DNA of 21,067 nt. Source: Flectonema sp. DT1601. Lineage: Eukaryota. The DNA lies in assembly GCA_964019425.1 (NCBI GenBank), contig OZ025795.1, positions 1,426,001 through 1,447,067 on the forward strand, read 5' to 3'. Below the pieces are notes generated by a model that made no database searches, had not been told where the DNA came from, and saw only the letters and a program-made list of their open reading frames with translations. Position numbers and translations under genes: made by a program. The first letter of the stretch is position 1, and every line of letters starts with the position of its first letter. Below are positions 1 through 6,558 of this stretch, piece by piece.

Positions 1-261
1 GGTCAAAAGGCTTTGTTTGCTTCTGCTTTATCTCTCGGGTTAGGAGTCGCCTTCCCATCTCCGCTGTATGCATTCGATGAGATCGATGCTGCACTTGATG
101 CACAGCATGCTTCTAAAATTGGAAATCTACTTTCAAAACAAACAACCTGTACGATATGTGTTACATTGAGGCACCATATTTACAAATGTGGCAGATCTCT
201 TGTTGGAGTTTATCACAAGGGGAAGACCAGCCGAACAATTTCTCAGAATTTTAACGACTAA
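1..261 (+). CDS. C-terminal ATPase head of a divergent SMC (structural maintenance of chromosomes) family protein, 5'-partial
   Basis: Frame 1 is open from base 1: GQKALFASALSLGL (end of the LSGGQK signature and following helix), PSPLYAFDEIDAALD (SMC Walker B plus D-loop), then TICVTLR...LVGVY (typical SMC C-terminal strands); TAA at 259-261. The TTG start at 13 in the track is not a real start. Subfamily cannot be assigned by eye. Confidence 0.88.
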   Translation, partial: GQKALFASALSLGLGVAFPSPLYAFDEIDAALDAQHASKIGNLLSKQTTCTICVTLRHHIYKCGRSLVGVYHKGKTSRTISQNFND

Positions 262-1238
262 GGGAGTGATGACCTCCTTTAGACTTAGAGCTGGAACTCA
301 TCCATTGAAAATGTTATAATTTTATTTATTTTATTCTGAAACTGATCAGGTCAGATTATACTAAACAATCCATTCCTCTAACTGAAGGTTAAGAACTGTC
401 GCATCACTTTGCAATTACTTTCTTTCTTTCGAGACCTTCTTGTTTACTTTCGGGTTTTCTCCCGCCATCTCTCATATATTAGGATTCCTTGACGAACTTC
501 AATAATAAGATTTAAGTTCCTAACAGATACACTCAATCATTATGTGCAGTGCGGATGATGTGGCAGCTGAAGGGGTTTTGATGAATTAGTGAACAGTTAG
601 CAACTAACAGGAATATAAATAGAACGCCCTCTTATTGTGAAGAGAGGTATCAGAAGAGCAACGTGTGGGCTGTTCTCCGCACCTTTTCAAGAGTGATGCA
701 GGCCTGTGAAGCTTGGCGAGCCTTCCCTTGTTCAATGCTCATTCAATTGCAATTTCTTGGGCAGCTGCACCTGCACCTTGTAAGCAAACGAAGCTGTTGT
801 TCAGTGACTGAACAATTTTACAAAACTGTCAATAGAAATGGGACAGTTCTGTTTTTCATTTCTCAGTTTCAAGCTTGCTTTCTTCTTTTTGTTTGTATTC
901 TTTTAAAGAAACGAAAAAGTTTGTTAGCAAGAAAAGTCAACACCAAAATTTGTGGAGCATTTTCAAATGTAAAGTTGGTAGGAACAAAGTATTGTGTGTT
1001 ACATAAAATTTTCCAGTGTTTTTTCATTTTCTGGTTCACAGGTAGAGCACAACCAAAAAATTTCCTCAAGCTTGAAGAAATTTAAAGCAAAATCAGCATT
1101 TAAAAAGGCATCTGCGGGTTTGCGGGAAATCATTAAAATTGTCTTTTAACCTATACACAATATCTCCCATCTATGAAGTAGGTGGCATTTTAAACTTGCA
1201 TAGGGTTGTCATAGGGTATGGCGGAAAGGAATACCAAC

Positions 1239-1267
1239 TCCGAAAATTTCGCATTTCGGGGGCGGAG
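1239..1267 (+). repeat. Dispersed 29-bp GC-rich motif, copy 1 (TCCGAAAATTTCGCATTTCGGGGGCGGAG)
   Basis: Exact match to 6027-6055. Similarity extends about 16 bp upstream (GGAAAGGAATACCAAC vs GGAAGGCATACCACT). Contains an internal inverted repeat CCGAAA...TTTCGG. Confidence 0.85.
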
Positions 1268-1379
1268 TACGTGAATTACTGTTACCCTTAATGGTATTTT
1301 GATAAACGGAAATAAGTTATAGAAAATACGAATCTTACCTATATTGATGTATCACCTTCAGTTGTTTATATTTATTCTG

Positions 1380-1998
1380 ACCATCTCGTCCGCTGCTAAG
1401 GAATTGAGATTGGAGGAGAAGATCGTGTAGCAGGCGAATCTTGGAAAGAAAAAAGCTGAGTTGGATAAGAAGAAGTTAATCACCCTCGCCTTAAATTAAA
1501 GCCTAAGTTACGAAAATTTGTTAGTGAAGGAAGCATTTGATGAAGGAAGCCTCATGAAGATGAGAAGAGCTCTCAATGTATACAATACGATCGTAGCTCT
1601 TGAACAAGAAGTTATAGGTATGCTGCCAAATACAGACATCACCGAAGCAAAGGAAGCACTTGCACATATGACTAGTGGCAAAGCAGCTATCCGCCCTCAA
1701 CACTGGCACGGCAGGGGATTTAGGGAGTTGGGGGAAACTGAAGGATAGATTTAAAGAGCTGCGGGCAGGATTCTACGGAAGAGTACTAACTGAAACAACG
1801 CCACCAACCCGGGAATTACAGCAACTAATGATCTCAGCTTGGATAAGCCAGGTTAAGTCATCAGAAGCTGCTGGTTGTCTTGATTTTCAACTTCACCAGA
1901 CACCAGCAGCGTTGTGGTATGGATCCAATTTGGATCAACCAGTTTGCCTTCTTTTTATTTATTTGCTGCCGATGCGCACAATGTGGAGAATACGTTAA
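1380..1998 (+). pseudogene. Decayed protein-coding sequence of unknown origin (helical, charged; possibly a retroelement gag-like remnant)
   Basis: The frame of ORF 1518..1748 continues upstream through two isolated stops (TAG 1428, TAA 1497): SAAKELRLEEKIV*QANLGKKKAELDKKKLITLALN*SLSYENLLVKEAF. Removing one G from the G-run near 1730-1734 joins it to ORF 1675..1998 (FRELG/KLKDRFKELRAGFYGRV). No family motif recognised. Confidence 0.4.
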
Positions 1999-2712
1999 AC
2001 TCCAATGTCTTTTCCTTTCCCTGGGTACAACCCAATAACAAAAGCACAATCACACACAGTAACAGGATACTCGCAGCTGCCAAACTGATGTGATCTTGGA
2101 AACCAACACTCAAACTGGGGACTGCTCAAAAGGCAAGTGAAGTACAATATACTCGATAATATTTACCTTTTCATTGAGCTATGTTAAACATTGTTTAAGA
2201 TCATTTCTGTTCTCTTGTCACTATCTCATTTATTCGGGCTAGGAAGGGTCTTAACGCAAAGCTTCTAATCTTTTCCCTGACAGCCGAAATTGTAAAAAAA
2301 ACTATTCAGGATTACGATGTATTGTATCCGTGATTGAAATACAGACTGTACTCAAACTAAATAACGTTTTGTTTTGTATTCACACATGTCGGTATTTTTT
2401 GCCATTACTCAGCTGCCTTCTGCGCTACCGCGAGATGCACCACTTTACACATTCCCAATATTATTGATTGTGGCTGAGTTGATTCTCGTTGATTTTGTTC
2501 ATCAACGAGATAAACAAACTCATGACTTGGATGAACTCTTAAACGGAACTTTTAAAAAACCTCACAATTTTCTCACAGGCTATTTCTACTGAGATAAGAA
2601 TACGGGTTTCGTTCATTATCTTTTTCAGCAAAAAAACAGAAATGTGGGTGGGGAAAAAGCCTTGGGCTCTTGTATCTTATTTTCTGATGTAATCTTAATT
2701 CTGTCTTAACTC

Positions 2713-4347
2713 ATGTTTCCTGACAGGTCAAACGGTGTGATGCAGTTTTCGGTGACTTGCCCTGATGTTGGATTCACAGCAATGCAGTTTAAAGTTAGCC
2801 CTTCCTCCCTTGTTCAAGATGTCTTGAATGCTGCTGCTGAAGAGTGGGATGTCGATGCAGAAGAGTTTGATATCTCGTTCGCGGGTGATCTGCTGCAACC
2901 AACGAAACGTCTAACGTCAGAAGTAATGGAACCTGACTCGGAAATAGTAATCGTAAAGAAGCGATTTAGGATGTTTGCAAGAAAATGGTTTGTGGATGCT
3001 ACGCTGAAGGAAAGGATGTTGGATTGGTACGCGCGACAGGAGGAGTGCCTTAACTTGGATACTCCCACGTTCGCGAACGCCGGTTTGCTTAACTTCGACT
3101 TTGACCTGCTGCCGAGTGTATTAACAAGACTTTCATTTCGCAATCCTAACTGCAGTGTTTCCACTATTGGCGATGAGTTCCTCAGCGAAACAAATGTTGC
3201 AGAAGTAGAATTATCGGGTTTTTGTTTTGTTGTCACCATTGGGAACGATTTTCTCTCCTACACCACACTCTCAACACTCGATCTGTCATATTTGAAGTGT
3301 GTTGTCACCATAGGAAACAACTTCCTCAACTGTACTCCTTTCTCAACACTCGACATGTCAGGTCTTTGCAGTGTCACTACTATCGGGGAGAACTTCCTCG
3401 GCAACTGCAATTCTCTCACAACGCTTGACTTTTCCTGTGTTTCTGCTATTACTTCTATTGGCGATGGTTTCCTAGCAACCTGCACTGCGATTACAACACT
3501 TGACTTGTCAGGTCTTTGTAATGTTACCACTGTCGGTGACTACTTCATCAGCGAGTGCGTCTCTCTTCCAACTCTCGAATTGGGATGTTTATGTAACCTG
3601 TCTGCTATCGGTGGCAATTTCCTCAGAAGGAATACTTCTATGGAGACAGTTGGCTTATCAGGAATTAATAGCGTCGCTGATATCGGTTGTAATCTTTTTT
3701 GTGAATGTCCAGCAATCACAGCTCTCGATTTATCTGTTTTTAATAATATAACGACACTCAAAGAATGCTTTGTTTCAGATTGTTCCATTACATCACTTGA
3801 CTTGTCTGGTTTTTGTAGTGTCACAGATATCTCTGACTTCGTCTTCGCGGGATGTCGTTCGCTTACTACAATTGATGTATCAGGATTAACTAGTGTTACT
3901 ACCATCGGAGACAGTTTCTTTTACGATTGCTCTTCCATTACAACATTAGATCTGTCTGGTCTACACAGTCTCACAGCTGTCGGTCATAACTTTGTCAGTT
4001 CATGTCGTTCACTCACAACATTCGATTTATCAGGTCTTTTTAACCTTGTCAATATCGGCTACTCATTCCTCCATGAGTGCGACTCACTCACAAAACTTAA
4101 TTTATCAGGGTTGACAGGCGTTGCAACTGTTGGAAGGTATTTTGCTTTCGCATGCATTTCGTTGGAAACAGTTGACTTGTCAGCTTTCGAAAATGTGAAG
4201 GTAGTTGGGGAGTGTTTTATGAAAGACTGCAGCTCACTTAAAACACTTCGACTTTCCGATATGATGAGATGCGCTGTCAAGTCTGATGCATTACTTTCAC
4301 TTGCGGAACATTCAACAATGCAAGCTAATGGAGTGCAGTGTCGTTAG
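2713..4347 (+). CDS. Ubiquitin-like N-terminal domain plus BspA-like (LRR_5-type) leucine-rich repeat protein
   Basis: 544-aa ORF. Residues about 10-83 (MQFSVTC...FKVSPSSLVQDVL...FDISFAGDLLQPTKRL...DSEIVIVKK) follow the ubiquitin beta-grasp pattern. They are followed by about 15 repeats of 24-25 aa with consensus LxxLDLSGLxxVxxIGxxFLxxCxx. The true start is uncertain (2713, 2740 or spliced; see findings). Confidence 0.88.
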   Translation: MFPDRSNGVMQFSVTCPDVGFTAMQFKVSPSSLVQDVLNAAAEEWDVDAEEFDISFAGDLLQPTKRLTSEVMEPDSEIVIVKKRFRMFARKWFVDATLKERMLDWYARQEECLNLDTPTFANAGLLNFDFDLLPSVLTRLSFRNPNCSVSTIGDEFLSETNVAEVELSGFCFVVTIGNDFLSYTTLSTLDLSYLKCVVTIGNNFLNCTPFSTLDMSGLCSVTTIGENFLGNCNSLTTLDFSCVSAITSIGDGFLATCTAITTLDLSGLCNVTTVGDYFISECVSLPTLELGCLCNLSAIGGNFLRRNTSMETVGLSGINSVADIGCNLFCECPAITALDLSVFNNITTLKECFVSDCSITSLDLSGFCSVTDISDFVFAGCRSLTTIDVSGLTSVTTIGDSFFYDCSSITTLDLSGLHSLTAVGHNFVSSCRSLTTFDLSGLFNLVNIGYSFLHECDSLTKLNLSGLTGVATVGRYFAFACISLETVDLSAFENVKVVGECFMKDCSSLKTLRLSDMMRCAVKSDALLSLAEHSTMQANGVQCR

Positions 4348-4733
4348 AAAGAAATAAAGATTGATGTTTATTGTTTTTTTCAATCAGAGTTCTAGTGCAT
4401 TATCTTTTTCTTCTCTTTCAGGTCCCAATAAATCGGGATCGGGCTGTGGTTGGCACATAATGTCCCTTTCAGTGCGGCTTATGGGTTTGACATGTGTTAG
4501 CCAAATAGAAACTGCACTTGTCCAGGCTCGCTTCAGGCTACTTATTTTTATCTCTTCCTGAATAACTTATTCTTCAACATTTTCAGTTTCATAGAAATGT
4601 GCTGATCTAATGCCTGATATAGTGCAATGCTTGAGTTTGTGAGACACATTCTTCCGCAATTTGGAAAGAATTCAGCACCACTGTGGTGAGAGAGTAACCT
4701 TTATGAATACTTTGTTATACCTGCAAACCTGCA

Positions 4734-4768
4734 CTAGAGATACCTGTCCAGGTTCGCTTCGCTCACGC
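4734..4768 (-). mobile_element. Possible Helitron-like 3' terminus
   Basis: The minus strand reads GCGTGAGCGAAGCGAAC-CTGGACAGGTATCT-CTAG|T: a GC-GAA-GC mini-hairpin motif 14 nt before CTAG followed by T, the layout expected of Helitron 3' ends. No 5' end or Rep/helicase sequence was identified. Confidence 0.3.
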
Positions 4769-4968
4769 AAAGTTATTTTTCTTTTTATTTCTCTGAATGT
4801 ATTAATATGCTAGCACAAAAACGACGGCCAGGTTATAAATTAAAAAATCCTAGAATTCATTAAGGTAATTTTCTACCAAGCTTAGCACTGCAGAGAAAGA
4901 ATCAAAGGAATCAGACAGGAGAGTGTATTCCAAAGTTGGAAAAATGAACAAAACAACATTTTTATATA

Positions 4969-5723
4969 TCAGTCATTCCTTTTTTTTGCGAACAAATTTT
5001 AGACATTGAAAAAGATTTTCAAAAAAAAATTGTAAAATTTTCGATCGAAGCGGCATTTTAATGCGCTGCATCATTGGGTTCATTTCCGTCCGAAATCGGG
5101 AGGTTGGCATCACATACTTGTCACCCGAATTGAGAAACGAGATTTTGTGGTTTACTAAATCAGCTCAGCCGTGGACAAGTACCAAAACTAAAAATTAATC
5201 GAAGGGTCTAATTTTACACTGCCGGTCCAGCGGGATCCAGAGAAAAAATAATCGAGCAAAAATATATTAAAGAGTACTAAGCATGTGCCGGTGAGTTACT
5301 ACCTGTCTTTTTGGACCTACTTAAGGATCATTATCACCACCACAGATGCAACATTTTCCTTACATAATTGCTACTAGGGTTGATTTGTTAGTAAAAAGGT
5401 GCATATCTCTTGATTGCGGGAGAAGGGGGAAAAAATAGTGAAAAAAAAAAAATTAGGGGTGTTTTTTACTCAGGTTTTCTCGATCTTTCCATTCCAGGTC
5501 TGGGATTAATATTTATCATTGAGTAGTACCAAGGAAATTTTGCAAAGAGACGTTTATCTCTTTTTAGCAGCACTTACCATGTTTAAAAGTATATCCCTAT
5601 GCCTAATTTTACAGATCGCACCCTCCCCGATTCCAAAAAATAAAAAATCGAGCAAAAGTATCGTGTAACCTTGCTCAGGCGGTGAGAAAATGGTTTTTGT
5701 TCGCAAAAAAAAGGAATGACTGA
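4969..5723. mobile_element. MITE / non-autonomous Tc1-mariner-type DNA transposon (755 bp, 28-bp TIRs, TA target-site duplication)
   Basis: 4965-4996 (TATATCAGTCATTCCTTTTTTTTGCGAACAAA) is the perfect reverse complement of 5696-5727. TA lies at 4967-4968 and 5724-5725, directly outside TCAGTC.../...GACTGA. No ORF of 60 aa or more inside. Internal direct repeat AATCGAGCAAAA at 5250-5261 and 5646-5657. Confidence 0.85.
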
Positions 5724-6026
5724 TATACTTTAGCTTTCTATTTTTAAAAGAAATTCTTTATACAGCTCTATCACTCTTTTCACTCACACTCACGTTTTCG
5801 AAGCCCACACTCCTCCACCCCTGAGTCCTACAAAATTGGACTTTAGTTACCCTCGAATCAGACAGGTGTAAAGTATTGAAGGGCAATGTTTTGTCTTCCA
5901 TCTTTTTTCATCACTTTTCTCATTCTTTTCTCATTGCCAAGGGTTTGTGGGTTGGCCTTCGTGTGTGAATGAGGAACTGTGGGCTTGCTGCGCAGTGGCA
6001 GTAATTTGTTGGGAAGGCATACCACT

Positions 6027-6055
6027 TCCGAAAATTTCGCATTTCGGGGGCGGAG
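6027..6055 (+). repeat. Dispersed 29-bp GC-rich motif, copy 2, abutting the array boundary
   Basis: Exact match to 1239-1267; ends 1 nt before array homology starts at 6057. Confidence 0.85.
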
Positions 6056-6097
6056 GCCCCGAAAGACGTAATTTTCGCCGCTCCTATGTTAATGTTA

Positions 6098-6135
6098 AAG
6101 CTAAGACCGAGCCCCGGAAGCTAAGACCCAGCCCC
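6098..6135 (+). repeat. 18-bp direct repeat pair (AAGCTAAGACC(G/C)AGCCCC, 20-bp period) in the spacer upstream of 5S; present in every unit
   Basis: 6098-6115 vs 6118-6135, 17/18 identical. Confidence 0.9.
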
Positions 6136-6212
6136 ACTCTGCTAATAAATCTTTTCTGCGAATTTTTTCATGGTGAGGGTCAAACCCCTAAGAAATAAAA
6201 AAATCTGCTATT

Positions 6213-6332
6213 GCCTGCGGCCATACTCTGGTGAATGCACCCCATCCCGCCCGATTTGGGAAGTTAAGCACCAGCAGGCCTGGTTAGTACTGCGGTGAGT
6301 GATCACGTGGGAACCCCGGGTGCTTGCAGGCT
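6213..6332 (+). rRNA. 5S rRNA (copy 1 of 24)
   Basis: About 120 nt. 5' GCCTGC pairs with 3' GCAGGC (helix I). Conserved eukaryotic 5S words GGCCATAC, CATCCCG.CCGAT, GAAGTTAAGC (box A), GGTTAGTACT and TGGGAA. Ends in a T5 Pol III terminator. Confidence 0.97.
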
Positions 6333-6336
6333 TTTT
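6332..6336 (+). terminator. RNA polymerase III T-run terminator of 5S (same position in every unit)
   Basis: TTTTT immediately after GCAGGC. Confidence 0.85.
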
Positions 6337-6370
6337 CTCTTACTTCCCTACCCGCAAAACAAGCATTTCT

Positions 6371-6440
6371 GTTAGTACTGGTTAGTAGTTCTAAAAGCCA
6401 CACAATTTCTAATTACCCGGGGTAACTACTTTTTAAGGTT
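6371..6440 (+). promoter_or_regulatory. Putative upstream promoter of the SL RNA gene (every unit)
   Basis: Positional inference: kinetoplastid SL genes use upstream Pol II elements near -60 and -30. Here a tandem GTTAGTACTG/GTTAGTAGTT lies at -70..-51 and a palindrome TTACCC-G-GGGTAA at -28..-16. Confidence 0.5.
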
Positions 6441-6551
6441 AACCAACGATTCTAAAGCTACAGTTTCTGTACTTTATTGGTACAGTCTCAATATCTAAGC
6501 TTGCTTAGAATATTTAGCCAACCTCTTAGGAAGAATTCTCTTCTTTTGGGG
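6441..6551 (+). ncRNA. Spliced leader (SL, mini-exon donor) RNA (copy 1 of 24); exon 6441-6479, intron from GT at 6480
   Basis: The 39-nt exon AACCAACGATTCTAAAGCTACAGTTTCTGTACTTTATTG has the kinetoplastid/diplonemid length and the conserved 3' half CAGTTTCTGTACTTTATTG, followed by GT. The intron folds into two further stem-loops (6490-6514, 6522-6551) and is followed by a T7 tract. The 3' end is approximate. Confidence 0.96.
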
Positions 6552-6558
6552 TTTTTTT
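6552..6558 (+). terminator. T-tract 3'-end formation/termination signal of the SL RNA gene (every unit)
   Basis: T7 directly after stem-loop III, as in kinetoplastid SL genes. Confidence 0.7.

Noticed and set aside
663..1085. 140-aa (+) and 66-aa (-) ORFs
   Set aside because: Non-ATG starts, F/K/L/C-rich composition typical of AT-rich non-coding DNA, and no domain recognised. The region may be transposon-derived, but I found no termini.
1201..1217. TAGGGT words as telomeric repeats
   Set aside because: Two isolated, non-tandem partial matches only.
2374..2592. 72-aa ORF upstream of the LRR gene (likewise 4361..4561 downstream)
   Set aside because: TTG starts, short, no motif; these lie in probable intergenic or UTR sequence.
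2814..4280. Minus-strand and alternative-frame ORFs overlapping the LRR gene
   Set aside because: Shadows of the repetitive LRR coding sequence; their periodicity mirrors the sense repeats.
5890..5941. Pyrimidine tract plus AG as a trans-splice acceptor for a gene before the array
   Set aside because: The next ATG opens only 11 codons, and no CDS follows.
5947..6198. 83-aa ORF spanning the array junction
   Set aside because: GTG start; a chance fusion of flank and spacer sequence with no recognisable motif.
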